A DNA stretch of 64,000 nucleotides from an uncultured Bacillales bacterium (lineage in GTDB: Bacteria; Bacillota_I; Bacilli_A; RFN20; CAG-449). The DNA lies in contig CAMEOO010000001.1 in NCBI GenBank assembly GCA_945929875.1, forward strand, positions 73,765 through 137,764. The letters run 5' to 3'. The position numbers and the translations under genes were made by a program. The notes below the pieces were generated by a model that was not told the origin of the DNA, did no database searches, and saw nothing but the letters and a program-made list of their open reading frames with translations. How positions within the stretch are numbered: the first letter of the stretch is position 1; each line of letters begins with the position of its first letter. Shown here piece by piece: positions 18,612-28,023 of this stretch.

Positions 18612-19643
18612 TTACTCCTTACTAAATTGTTTATTAAATCTTTTATCATTTTGATAAAATTTTCTAATATCATCGATGCCATACTTAAGCATAGCAACTC
18701 TTTCAATTCCAATACCAAAAGCAAATCCTTGATATTCTTTTTCATCAAATCCGCACATCCTTAAGACATTTGGGTGAACCATGCCTGCGCCTAGAACTTC
18801 AATCCAGCCGGTTCCTTTACATAAAGAACAGCCTTTACCACCACATTCAAAACAAGAAATGTCTGCTTCTACCGATGGTTCAGTAAATGGGAAATATGAC
18901 GATCTCATTCTAACTTGCCTTTTTTCTCCAAACATCGCTTTAGCAAATAATTCAAGGGTAGAAAGAAGATTGCCCATATTGATATTTTTATCGATAACTA
19001 ATCCTTCTATTTGACCAAATTGATGCGAATGAGTAGCATCGTCATCTCGACGATAAACTTTTCCAGGAGAGATGATCTTAATTGGGCCTTGTCCATTTTT
19101 ACTTAACATGACATGGGCTTGAACTGGTGATGTTTGGCTTCTCATAAGAAGGGTATCGTTAATAAAGAAACTATCTTGCATGTCTCTTGCTGGATGACCT
19201 TTTGGAACATTCAATAGTTCAAAATTGAATTCATCGGTTTCCACTTCACTTCCTTCGGCAATTTGATAACCCATTCCAATAAATATTTGGCTAACTTGAT
19301 CAACTATCGCGCTGAAAGGATGTTTACTTCCTCTTGAAAATGATCTGCTTGGTAAAGTAAAATCAATCGTTTCTTTTTCTAATTGCTCTTTTAGTTTAAT
19401 TTCTTCTAACGCTTTCTTTTTCTCTTCGATTTTATTAGAGATATCTTCTTTAATTGTATTCATGAGTTGACCAAAACATATTCTTTCATCACTAGATAGA
19501 TTTTTCATTTGGCTCATGAAAGACATCAATTCACTTTTTTTTGAAAGATATTTATTTCTAATATTTTGAAGGTCTTCAAGATTAGAAGCATTTTTTATTT
19601 CTTCTAAAGATTCTTGATGAATCTGTTTTACTTTTTCTTGCAT
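18612..19643 (-). CDS. pheS: Phenylalanine--tRNA ligase alpha subunit
   Basis: 343 aa with the class II motifs GHPARDMQDSFF, VYRRDDDATHSHQFGQIEG and GFAFGIGIERVAML. Confidence 0.92.
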   Translation of the reverse strand: MQEKVKQIHQESLEEIKNASNLEDLQNIRNKYLSKKSELMSFMSQMKNLSSDERICFGQLMNTIKEDISNKIEEKKKALEEIKLKEQLEKETIDFTLPSRSFSRGSKHPFSAIVDQVSQIFIGMGYQIAEGSEVETDEFNFELLNVPKGHPARDMQDSFFINDTLLMRSQTSPVQAHVMLSKNGQGPIKIISPGKVYRRDDDATHSHQFGQIEGLVIDKNINMGNLLSTLELFAKAMFGEKRQVRMRSSYFPFTEPSVEADISCFECGGKGCSLCKGTGWIEVLGAGMVHPNVLRMCGFDEKEYQGFAFGIGIERVAMLKYGIDDIRKFYQNDKRFNKQFSKE

Positions 19644-19674
19644 GATAAAAATCTCCTTCTAAAAACTTATTTTT

Positions 19675-19703
19675 ATTATCTATTTTTAGAAAAGTAAAGT
19701 CAA
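19675..19703 (-). promoter_or_regulatory. Sigma-A-type promoter for pheST
   Basis: Minus strand: TTGACT (19698-19703), 17-nt spacer, GATAAT (19675-19680), ~30 nt upstream of the pheS ATG. A weak hairpin with a U tract (19721-19752) downstream of sigG precedes it. Confidence 0.55.
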
Positions 19704-19766
19704 TTTAAATTATTAAATTTAAAAAACAAATGTTGACGAGTGATCTAACATTAATAAATTTGAAAA

Positions 19767-20558
19767 TTAAATTAAAAATTTTCTTAAAAATGTAAGTGCA
19801 TTTTTTTCAAGTCGACTCACTTGAGCTTGAGAAATATTATAAATTTTAGCAATCTCTATTTGCGATTTACCTTGATAGTAACGTTTTTGAATAATATCTC
19901 TTTCAAGATTATTTAATGAATCAATTCCTTGTTTTAATGATAAATAATTTATCATTTTTTCTTCCGTATAATTGTTATCTGAAACGACATCTTGAAGTAA
20001 TATCGATTGATCAAAATCATTATATAAAGGCTCACTTAAAGAAGAAATAGGTAAAGTGGATTCAATTGCTTCTTGTAGTAAATAAGGGTCGATCTTTAAT
20101 TTCTTAGCCATCTCTTCATTAGAAGGGATTGTTCCAAATTCATTGATATACCTTTCCTTCTCTTTCATAAAATGGTAGGCTGTATCCTTAATCTGACGAG
20201 ATATTCTTAATATCGATGAATCTCTAAGATAACGTCTAATTTCTCCATCGATCATTGGAACCGCGTAAGTTGAAAACTTGACATCTAAAGACAAATCAAA
20301 ATTATTGATCCCCTTTAAGAGACCTAAAGTACCAATTTGAAAAAGATCATTAGCTATTTCATTTTTTTTATTATATTTATTCACTATGGATAAAACTAAT
20401 TTTAGATTTCCTTTAACCAAATCATCTAAATATTCTTTACTTCTTGTTTCACGATATTTTTTTAATAAATCTAACGATTCATCACTAGATAAAACTTTTA
20501 ACCGGTTTGTATCGATTCCGACGATTTCTACTTTGTTTTTCGGCATATTTTCACCCAA
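19767..20558 (-). CDS. sigG: Sporulation sigma factor SigG (SigF/SigG family)
   Basis: 263 aa with VEIVGIDTNRLKVL, NLKLVLSIVNKY, DLFQIGTLGLLKGINNFD, FSTYAVPMIDGEIRRYLRD and the C-terminal HTH SQIEIAKIYNISQAQVSRLEKNAL. It lies downstream of spoIIGA-sigE as in Bacillus. Confidence 0.85.
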   Translation of the reverse strand: MGENMPKNKVEIVGIDTNRLKVLSSDESLDLLKKYRETRSKEYLDDLVKGNLKLVLSIVNKYNKKNEIANDLFQIGTLGLLKGINNFDLSLDVKFSTYAVPMIDGEIRRYLRDSSILRISRQIKDTAYHFMKEKERYINEFGTIPSNEEMAKKLKIDPYLLQEAIESTLPISSLSEPLYNDFDQSILLQDVVSDNNYTEEKMINYLSLKQGIDSLNNLERDIIQKRYYQGKSQIEIAKIYNISQAQVSRLEKNALTFLRKFLI

Positions 20559-20598
20559 AAATTAATATGGGCAAAAATTTCTAATTTATAACAAATAA

Positions 20599-21144
20599 TT
20601 AAATCTTAAAGTTAAATTTTTTGTCTACTTGTGGTTCATTTACTTGAGTTAATTTATCAATCGAAGTAAAAATAGCTTTAATTAAATTATTAAAATCGCT
20701 TGCTTTAGCTTTTTTAAATATTACCTTTGTTGGAAGATTATTAATATTGGTAGGATATTCAATCCAAATAGTTTTTGTCCTTTTTAAAAAGTAAAGTAAA
20801 AAGAATATAAATGATAGTAAAAAAGTTGTTGTTGCGGAAATAATCAAATAAAGAATAATTTTATCTAAAAGCGCTTTATTTTGAAAATATAGAAAAGCGC
20901 TAGCAGCTAAAATGATGAACATCAAAACTAAGAAGATAATCCCAAAAGTTTTGAAAGTTAAATTCTTTTGATTGGAATACCTAATTGCAGTTACTTTATC
21001 AAGTTGAATAACTTTATTAGTTAAAATTGATTTTGATTTTTTCTTCTTTTGAGAGACGATATATATTCTTTTATTAGAAACCGTAATTGGATATAATTCA
21101 CCCATCACTAATTCATCTTCTGAAGCTAAAACTTGTTCTTTCAT
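20599..21144 (-). CDS. Membrane protein: PH-like N-terminal domain, two TM helices, short C-terminal domain; unknown function
   Basis: 181 aa with SD AGGTGA. Helices FGIIFLVLMFIILAASAFLYF and IILYLIISATTTFLLSFIFFLLYFL. It sits between the mini-sepF and sigG. Confidence 0.55.
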   Translation of the reverse strand: MKEQVLASEDELVMGELYPITVSNKRIYIVSQKKKKSKSILTNKVIQLDKVTAIRYSNQKNLTFKTFGIIFLVLMFIILAASAFLYFQNKALLDKIILYLIISATTTFLLSFIFFLLYFLKRTKTIWIEYPTNINNLPTKVIFKKAKASDFNNLIKAIFTSIDKLTQVNEPQVDKKFNFKI

Positions 21145-21213
21145 AATTTTTCACCTAAAACAATCATATGATAAATTAAATCTCTTTTCAATTTTTTTCT
21201 ATCATTATAAAAA

Positions 21214-21447
21214 CTAGAGGGAGAAAATATAAATGTTATCCTCCAGTTTTTCTCTTGAGCCTTTTAGCGCAAAGATGTAACCGCTTAAAAAATCGATCAC
21301 ACGATATTTTTCTTTGACATCTAAAGAAGAAATATTTACGATAATTGCTTTATTTTCTAATAAAGTTTTAATGCAATCATAAATATTTTCAGTGTCTTTT
21401 ACTAAGAAAACTTTAGGTGTCACTTGCTTACTTTTAACTTTATTCAT
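21214..21447 (-). CDS. sepF: Minimal SepF (FtsZ-binding C-terminal domain only)
   Basis: 77 aa. PKVFLVKDTENIYDCIKTLLENKAIIVNISSLDVKEKYRVIDFLSGYIFALKGSREKLEDNIYIFSL aligns along its whole length with the B. subtilis SepF core ([34 protein letters not shown]...[31 protein letters not shown]). The ATG overlaps the sigE stop by 8 nt. Confidence 0.8.
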   Translation of the reverse strand: MNKVKSKQVTPKVFLVKDTENIYDCIKTLLENKAIIVNISSLDVKEKYRVIDFLSGYIFALKGSREKLEDNIYIFSL

Positions 21448-22138
21448 GGTTTTTCATCGTCTGTTTGAGCTTTTTCAAAATTCTTTTTTCAAGTCGAGAA
21501 ATATAAGATTGCGAGATATTTAATTTTTCACTAGTTTCTTTTTGTGTGAGTTCTTCACAACCATCAAGACCAAATCTCATCGATAATATTTCTCTTTCCC
21601 GTGGCTTTAATTTTTCTAAAGCTTTATGTAGTTCATCGATCATTTCTTCTTGCTCTAATGAAGAAAAGACTTTATTATCAGAATCACTTAATATATCTTC
21701 AAGAAGGAGTTCATTACCATCGTAATCAACCTTCAAAGGCTCGTCTAAAGATACTTCTACTTTCGATTTAGATTTTTTTCTAAGATACATTAAAATTTCA
21801 TTTTCAATACATCTAGATGCATAGGTAGCTAGTTTGATGTTTTTATCGATTTTAAAAGTATTGATCGCTTTGATTAAACCAATGGTACCAATAGAAATCA
21901 AATCTTCTAAATTATTGATATTAGTATCGTAACGCTTTGCAACATAGACCACTAAACGAAGATTGTGTTCAATTAAAATATTTCTTGACTCGATACTTCC
22001 TTTTTCATATTGAGCAATATGATAATCCTCTTCTTCTTTTGTTAATGGAGGAAGAAGATTTTCACTCCCATTAATGTAGTGAGTTGAACCATTTAGATGA
22101 AACAATTTTACTAAAAAATAATATATTTTTTTTAACAT
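21440..22138 (-). CDS. sigE: Sporulation sigma factor SigE (pro-sigma-E)
   Basis: 232 aa with an N-terminal pro-sequence followed by YINGSENLLPPLTKEEE, IEHNLRLVVYVAKRY, DLISIGTIGLIKAINTF and KLATYASRCIENEILMYLRK, a near-identical layout to B. subtilis pro-SigE. Confidence 0.92.
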   Translation of the reverse strand: MLKKIYYFLVKLFHLNGSTHYINGSENLLPPLTKEEEDYHIAQYEKGSIESRNILIEHNLRLVVYVAKRYDTNINNLEDLISIGTIGLIKAINTFKIDKNIKLATYASRCIENEILMYLRKKSKSKVEVSLDEPLKVDYDGNELLLEDILSDSDNKVFSSLEQEEMIDELHKALEKLKPREREILSMRFGLDGCEELTQKETSEKLNISQSYISRLEKRILKKLKQTMKNHE

Positions 22139-22140
22139 AA

Positions 22141-22884
22141 TTACCTCAAATAAGCATTAAGTAATATTTCACATCCATGAAATGAATTAATATCATCGAC
22201 TAATACAACGTAAACAAAAAACTCTTCATCTTTATCTTCAACGCTAATTAAAGCGTTATACCCTATATTTATTTCTATTCCATTTACAGTTTCTACTTCG
22301 ATTTCTTGAGGAGATGATAAATCAAACATCCAAATTTTTTTTAAGCAAAATATAACTGGGACATTATTATATTTTAAGGTATTACCATTATCAAAATAAG
22401 CGCTGAAAGAATATTTTTTATCATCTTTTGAAATGAAGCAAGTAGTCTTATAAACATGAAGATGAAATACCGAATCAACAAACTTGGTAGCTAAGAGTAA
22501 ACATAGCCCAAAAAATGGGACAAATAGGCTATATAATACTCCAATAGGTTTATTGATTACTAGATAAATATTTATAAGTTTAATGTTGTCAGTGATTAAT
22601 ATGACAAAAAAATCTATAAGAAAAAATAAAAGATTAAAAATTAAATAAGAATATAGCCATTTTTTATTAAATGCAACAAATATAAATAAATTAACAATAA
22701 TAAAAATTAATAGGCTAAAGATAAAATGAAGATAGATAGTAAAAAACAAACATGTGTTAACAAGAACTAATGTGATTTTCAGCCCCCTCTTATAACGGTA
22801 TACCATCAATAATTCGGATCCATAAATGCATACCATGATTTGAATTAATAGAAACACCATACTTAAATCTAAATAGACGTCCAT
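22141..22884 (-). CDS. spoIIGA: Sigma-E processing aspartic peptidase SpoIIGA
   Basis: 247 aa with five N-terminal TM helices and a C-terminal domain containing YFDNGNTLKYNNVPVIF (compare the catalytic DSGN motif). It lies immediately upstream of sigE. Confidence 0.8.
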   Translation of the reverse strand: MDVYLDLSMVFLLIQIMVCIYGSELLMVYRYKRGLKITLVLVNTCLFFTIYLHFIFSLLIFIIVNLFIFVAFNKKWLYSYLIFNLLFFLIDFFVILITDNIKLINIYLVINKPIGVLYSLFVPFFGLCLLLATKFVDSVFHLHVYKTTCFISKDDKKYSFSAYFDNGNTLKYNNVPVIFCLKKIWMFDLSSPQEIEVETVNGIEINIGYNALISVEDKDEEFFVYVVLVDDINSFHGCEILLNAYLR

Positions 22885-22911
22885 AAGTGATCACCTTTAT
22901 TAATATAGCAT

Positions 22912-22939
22912 AAAAAAAGTGCAAACATTGTCGCACTTT
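22912..22939 (-). terminator. Probable terminator between ftsZ and spoIIGA
   Basis: Minus-strand stem AAAGUGC / GCACUUU (22916-22922 / 22933-22939) with a 10-nt loop, followed by a U tract. Confidence 0.5.
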
Positions 22940-22973
22940 GTTCTCAATTAAATTTTTTATAAACTAAATTTCC

Positions 22974-24089
22974 CTATTCATCAGAGCCAGAATCCTTATT
23001 CATCATCGAATTTAAAAAATCTGGTAATATGCTTCCACTATCTTGAGCCTTTTCATTTTCCATAGAAGAAGATTCTTCATTTGTAGCAGGTTTATTAGTT
23101 CTTGTTGCAAGTGGAGGTTGTTCAGGGATAACGTATTCTTCATCAAAATCTGTAGCGATGACGCTAATTAGCATTTGATCATTTAATTCTGGATTTTGTT
23201 GAACGCCAAAGATGATATTGACATTAGCCCCTGCTGCTTCGGTGATGTAAGAAATCGCTTCTTGAGTTTCATCTAAAGTTACACCATTTCCTCCAGTAAC
23301 ATTGATAATCGCGCTGTGGGCCCCTTTAATAGAAGCTTCTAGAAGTGGTGAAGCAATTGCATTTGTCGCTGCCTCCATCGCTTTCCTTTCTCCAGTTCCC
23401 ATACCAAAGCCAATTAATGCAACTCCTTTGTCTTTTAAAGTAGCCTTAACATCAGCAAAGTCCAAATTAATTAATCCAGGTAATAAAATTAAATCGGTAA
23501 TAGTTTTAACTGATTGAGCAAGAACTTTATCAGATTCAGCAAAAGCTTCCGCGATTGATTTATTTCCATTCATCATCATTAATTTATCATTAGAAACGAT
23601 GATGATTGAATCGACTTCCTTTTTAAGTTCAGTTAATCCTTCAACTGCTTTTACTTTTCTAGAATTACCTTCAAAAGTAAATGGTCTAGTGACAATTGCA
23701 ATAGTTAAAGCACCGCATTCTTTAGCGATCTTAGCAACTACTGGAGCGGCCCCAGTTCCAGTTCCTCCACCCATACCGGCGGCGATGAAGACCATGTTAG
23801 CCCCATCGACGATTTGACGAATGTCATCTGCACTTGATTCTGCCGCATTTTTTCCAATTTCTGGATCGCCTCCAGCTCCAAGTCCTTTTGTGTAATCTCT
23901 ACCAAGTACGTATTTATGTTCAGCTCTTGAAGTAGCTAAAGCTTGAGCGTCGGTGTTCATCACCCAAAAATCGATATTAGCGATATTTTCTTCAATCATT
24001 TGATTGACGGCATTATTACCTGCTCCACCAACACCGATAACAACGATTTTTGCATATGACTCATATGCATCAAAATTAAATTCTTGCAT
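22974..24089 (-). CDS. ftsZ: Cell division protein FtsZ
   Basis: 371 aa with the tubulin signature GGGTGTGAAPV, NTDAQAL and a C-terminal conserved peptide region (ILPDFLN). Confidence 0.95.
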   Translation of the reverse strand: MQEFNFDAYESYAKIVVIGVGGAGNNAVNQMIEENIANIDFWVMNTDAQALATSRAEHKYVLGRDYTKGLGAGGDPEIGKNAAESSADDIRQIVDGANMVFIAAGMGGGTGTGAAPVVAKIAKECGALTIAIVTRPFTFEGNSRKVKAVEGLTELKKEVDSIIIVSNDKLMMMNGNKSIAEAFAESDKVLAQSVKTITDLILLPGLINLDFADVKATLKDKGVALIGFGMGTGERKAMEAATNAIASPLLEASIKGAHSAIINVTGGNGVTLDETQEAISYITEAAGANVNIIFGVQQNPELNDQMLISVIATDFDEEYVIPEQPPLATRTNKPATNEESSSMENEKAQDSGSILPDFLNSMMNKDSGSDE

Positions 24090-24100
24090 AATAATTCCTC

Positions 24101-25315
24101 CTATAATTCCTCATCAAAATTGTAATTTGTGGTATTTTTCTTTCCGTTTTGCTTTATTTCTACTCGAGAAATAATCGTGCTAGAAAGTTCATCAAATTCA
24201 TCGTTAATTAAATGTACACCTGCATATTTAATTAATCCTAAACACACTTGATAAGCCTTATCTCTTGCGCCAAAACTATATGGAGTATAGTCGATAACTT
24301 GAAGTTCTAGCTTCTTTTCTAAAAGAGCTTTAAGTCCATATAATTTACTTCCTCCACCGCTAAGAACAATTGGAAGATAGCGGTGATCAGCATTGCTCCA
24401 TGATGCTATTTGTTTTTTTATTGCATTAATTAGAGGATCTAAGGCATTATTAATGCAACATGCAATATCATCAAGTTTAATATCTTTATAAATATTTACA
24501 TTAAAACTTGGCGATTTGTCAATTCCATATTTTTCTTTTAACATTCTAGCTTCTTTTAAACTCAAATTAAATTTTTCCATCAAGCACTCATCGATTCTTT
24601 CGGAACCAAATTTAAAACAAGCGTTTTGATAAATTAAAGTATTTTGAGAAATTTGGCTAAGAGTTGTAATATCGTTACCAAAATTTAAAAGATAGTATGA
24701 AGAAGGAATTTCTTCTTCGCTTTCCATATATAAAGAGGATGCATATGGAGCAACCACTAATTGGCGAATCTTTAATCCAGCGCTTTCTATAGCTTTTACA
24801 TAGCCATTGATCAATTCTTCTTCAAGAGCGTAAATGGATGCGTGAAGTGTTAAGGTTTGAGAGGTTTTACCTATTGGTGCGATTGGAGAAAATTCTTTAT
24901 TATCTAGTAAATATTGATAAGGAATAACGTCAACTACTTTTAATCCTTCGCTGAATTTAAATTTCTTTAATTGGCTAATCGCGTTATTAACATCGATTTG
25001 AACAATCACGTTATCAGTTCCAATCGTCGTGGTTGAACTACTCTCTCGACAAAATACTAGTCCCATTGGAGGAAGAGCTACCAAAACATCACTTATTTTA
25101 ATATTGAGCGTTTCATTAGCCGCGTTAATTACCCCTTTTATCGCGCTTACAAGGGCATCATAGTCTTGAACTAATCCGCCATCTAAAGCTTTAACGGAAG
25201 TTTCTAAGGCATGTAAAACGTAAACTTTTCCATCTTGAAAATAACCATAAACTAGTCTTACCGCTCTTGATGTAATCTCTAAAGCAGCATATCTTTTATC
25301 ATCATTTTTTGCCAT
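24101..25315 (-). CDS. ftsA: Cell division protein FtsA
   Basis: 404 aa with an actin-like fold (ALEITSRAVRLV..., VLSGGGSKLYGL), directly upstream of ftsZ. Confidence 0.9.
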   Translation of the reverse strand: MAKNDDKRYAALEITSRAVRLVYGYFQDGKVYVLHALETSVKALDGGLVQDYDALVSAIKGVINAANETLNIKISDVLVALPPMGLVFCRESSSTTTIGTDNVIVQIDVNNAISQLKKFKFSEGLKVVDVIPYQYLLDNKEFSPIAPIGKTSQTLTLHASIYALEEELINGYVKAIESAGLKIRQLVVAPYASSLYMESEEEIPSSYYLLNFGNDITTLSQISQNTLIYQNACFKFGSERIDECLMEKFNLSLKEARMLKEKYGIDKSPSFNVNIYKDIKLDDIACCINNALDPLINAIKKQIASWSNADHRYLPIVLSGGGSKLYGLKALLEKKLELQVIDYTPYSFGARDKAYQVCLGLIKYAGVHLINDEFDELSSTIISRVEIKQNGKKNTTNYNFDEEL

Positions 25316-25324
25316 AGTTACCTC

Positions 25325-26209
25325 CTATATTTCAATTTGGCTATCATTATTATAAACTTCATAAATAACTTTAGATGAGCCAAAATCATTATACTTAATT
25401 ATAACTTTAATCGAATAATATTTAAATAAAGTATCTTCATTTTTCTTAAAATCTATCTTGCTAAAAGAATACTCTTTAATCACATTAATATATTTTTTTA
25501 AAGACGATGAATTAATCCCATAAGCAATATCTTCTGGAATAATTCTATTTTCTGGAAACAACAAATCAATTTCAAATTTATATTCATCATCAAATGAATA
25601 GAAGAATGAATATTCATTACTTCCAATAAATCTAAAATACTCTATCTTTTCCTTTTCTTCATCAGTTAATTGAAAATAGACACTAGTTAATGTAGAAAGA
25701 TTTTCTCTAGTGAGCAAAGATAAATCCGATGTAAGATCGTTAGGAATAGTCAAAATTATTTCATTTAAAAATTCATTAACTAATGGAGAAGACAATAAAC
25801 TATCCGTTAAAATTTCTCCATTATTAAGATAAACAACTCCATTATGAAACAATAATGGCGTCAATTCATTTATTGAAATAGATAAACCGGAAATGGAAGA
25901 TTTTACTTTACTAGACTCTATTAAAGGATGATTATTTAATAATTCCTCGCATTTTTCTTCATCGATGAAAAATAAACTATCACTTTTTTTTAAATGAGCA
26001 ATTTCTAGGACTTGATTTTTCGTTAAATTTAAATTCCCGTTGATTCTAGAGTTTTTTACTTGAGATAAAGGGCAAAAAAGATAAATTAGAAGAAAAGTAA
26101 AAAGAAGCAAAACTGCAACAATCTTAGTAATCATTTTCTTCTTTTGCTTGCTATTTAGTAAGGCGATATTGTTTTGAAATGTTTCTTGTTCTTTTAAAGG
26201 CTCTTCCAT
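25325..26209 (-). CDS. divIB: Cell division protein DivIB/FtsQ
   Basis: 294 aa with a single TM (IVAVLLLFTFLLIYLFC) followed by a POTRA-like segment (VKNSRINGNLNLTKNQVLEIAHL). It has the canonical position between murB and ftsA. Confidence 0.7.
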   Translation of the reverse strand: MEEPLKEQETFQNNIALLNSKQKKKMITKIVAVLLLFTFLLIYLFCPLSQVKNSRINGNLNLTKNQVLEIAHLKKSDSLFFIDEEKCEELLNNHPLIESSKVKSSISGLSISINELTPLLFHNGVVYLNNGEILTDSLLSSPLVNEFLNEIILTIPNDLTSDLSLLTRENLSTLTSVYFQLTDEEKEKIEYFRFIGSNEYSFFYSFDDEYKFEIDLLFPENRIIPEDIAYGINSSSLKKYINVIKEYSFSKIDFKKNEDTLFKYYSIKVIIKYNDFGSSKVIYEVYNNDSQIEI

Positions 26210-26210
26210 A

Positions 26211-27047
26211 TTAATAGATTATTCTAATTTCCGTTTCTAAGTAAAAACTAAGTTTATTATAGACTAATTCCTGAATTCTTTCAATTAATTTGACTATATT
26301 TAAATAGTCAAGAAAAGGGCTAATTTGAATAAAATTTGCATGCATCAAAGAAATTTTTACTCCATAGTATTCTTTAAATGGAATAAATTTATTGATGATT
26401 TCATAAGCTTTAAGCTGTTTATAATTTTTAAATGTCGATCCAAAACTATGAATATGAGGCTGATGTTTTAGACGATATTCCAACGCTTTTTTCTTTTCAA
26501 AATATAGAAAAAAACGAGTTTTTTTCTTCACTTTAAATAAAGCTTGATAAATAAAAAATTTATCTAAATTATTGATATTTCGGTAAGAGATTTCTAGTTC
26601 GCTTTTTAAAATAATTTTTTTGTTTCCAAAGGAATCTATGACTACTAAAAAAAGGAGAAGATCGTTAATTCCTTGATTTAAGAAGGAGGCGTTATTTTTA
26701 ATACTTCCGCCTAATTCTCCTGGAATTGTGGAAATTTTCTCAAATCCTTCTAGTGAATTCCTTATTGCAAAATAAGCCAGTTTTTTTAAAGAAACTCCTG
26801 AATGAACAATTAAAATATTATTCTTTAATTTTATTTCTTCATTTGTATAATGAATTATAGTTATATCCTTACTTTTAAAAGCAAAGAGAAGTTTTGACAT
26901 ATTCCCTACTATTAGATAATTCTTTTCTGTTTTAATAATGCCAGTTATTACTTTTATTTCATCTGTTTCAATATAATATTTGACTTTCGCAGAAAGATGA
27001 GAATAACTATTCTTTTTAAGATCGTAATTTTTATAAACCCTAATCAT
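26211..27047 (-). CDS. murB: UDP-N-acetylenolpyruvoylglucosamine reductase (divergent)
   Basis: 278 aa with IPGELGGSIKNNA (compare VPGSVGGAV-MNAGAYG), GSTFKN (compare AGS-FKNP) and the dcw position after murG. Confidence 0.7.
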   Translation of the reverse strand: MIRVYKNYDLKKNSYSHLSAKVKYYIETDEIKVITGIIKTEKNYLIVGNMSKLLFAFKSKDITIIHYTNEEIKLKNNILIVHSGVSLKKLAYFAIRNSLEGFEKISTIPGELGGSIKNNASFLNQGINDLLLFLVVIDSFGNKKIILKSELEISYRNINNLDKFFIYQALFKVKKKTRFFLYFEKKKALEYRLKHQPHIHSFGSTFKNYKQLKAYEIINKFIPFKEYYGVKISLMHANFIQISPFLDYLNIVKLIERIQELVYNKLSFYLETEIRIIY

Positions 27048-28023
27048 CTTTAATCTCTCTTTCCATAATTTCTAAAGGGTTAATTTCATTCATATAATTA
27101 TTTTTTCTTTTTAAATTAATTATTTCTTGATTAATTCTTTCACTAGTAAAATCTTTTTCTTCAATTAAAGAAATTAACCCTTTTTTATTTAAAAATTCAG
27201 CATTTTTATATTGATGATTATTTTTTACATATGGAGAAGGGATACAGGAAATTTCAACATTTGCTTTTAATAATTCACTAAGAGTAGTTCCTCCACCTCG
27301 AGTAAACACTAAGTCATACTCTTTTAGGATTTCTTTCATATCGACAAATTCTTTTATTAAGACATTTTCTTTTTTGATATCTTTAAAAAGATTACTATAT
27401 TTTCCACAAACCACTAAAAAGGAATTAGGTAGAGTTGTCTTTATTAAAAACTGTTTTACTACCTTTAAGCAAGTTAAACTTGATAAAGAGCCAAAGACAA
27501 AAAGCACTTTAGGATTTTTGATGTCAACATCTTTTCTCGAGAGAATTTTAGTGGTTGTCGGATTAGAAGAATATATACACTTTTTTCTGTTTTTTAATGA
27601 ATTATCAAAAGAAAGAAAGATTTTATCAATAAAAGGATATGAAAATTTTAAAGAATCTCCTAATACGACATTTTGTTCATGCATAAAGATTTTCTTTCTG
27701 TACTTGATATTTATAATGCTTACTAGAAAGCTAATGTATCCTCCAAAACAATAGATAGCATCTGCTTTTTCAATTTCAGTTTGGATATGTTTCTTTTCTT
27801 TTATTAACTTTTTAATTTGATAAATACTCATACTTTTTTTAAAGGAATTTGGAATATCTAATAAAGTTATAGGATAAAGATATTTTTCTTCCATTTGATT
27901 TTTAATACCTAAATATTGAACTTGATAATTCTTTTTCTTTAAATATTCTCCAAAAACTAAGCAAGGAAAGATGTGGCCACCACTAGAAGAAGAAACAAGT
28001 AAAATTTTTTTAAAAGTTTTCAT
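27040..28023 (-). CDS. murG: Undecaprenyldiphospho-muramoylpentapeptide beta-N-acetylglucosaminyltransferase
   Basis: 327 aa with SSSGGHIFP (G-loop) and TRGGGTTLSELL, in dcw context. Confidence 0.85.
   Translation of the reverse strand: MKTFKKILLVSSSSGGHIFPCLVFGEYLKKKNYQVQYLGIKNQMEEKYLYPITLLDIPNSFKKSMSIYQIKKLIKEKKHIQTEIEKADAIYCFGGYISFLVSIINIKYRKKIFMHEQNVVLGDSLKFSYPFIDKIFLSFDNSLKNRKKCIYSSNPTTTKILSRKDVDIKNPKVLFVFGSLSSLTCLKVVKQFLIKTTLPNSFLVVCGKYSNLFKDIKKENVLIKEFVDMKEILKEYDLVFTRGGGTTLSELLKANVEISCIPSPYVKNNHQYKNAEFLNKKGLISLIEEKDFTSERINQEIINLKRKNNYMNEINPLEIMEREIKDD

Noticed and set aside
16524-19014. Plus-strand ORFs 16524-16736 and 17885-18196 (in pheT) and 18781-19014 (in pheS)
   Set aside because: They are antisense to highly conserved aminoacyl-tRNA synthetase genes and have no independent signals.
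20559-20598. Forespore-type (sigma-F/G) promoter upstream of sigG (CATATTA as -10)
   Set aside because: The -10-like CATATTA is present, but the -35 region reads GTTATA rather than GnATR at the right spacing. It is not convincing by eye.
23302-23817. Two plus-strand ORFs (71 and 72 aa) inside ftsZ with Ala/Pro/Ile-rich products
   Set aside because: They are antisense to the Gly/Ala-rich, locally GC-richer ftsZ core, where stop codons are rare on the opposite strand. These are artefacts.
27374-27754. 126-aa plus-strand ORF inside murG
   Set aside because: It is the longest antisense ORF in the window, but it has no SD or promoter and no recognisable motif. murG on the opposite strand carries its signature motifs across this span.
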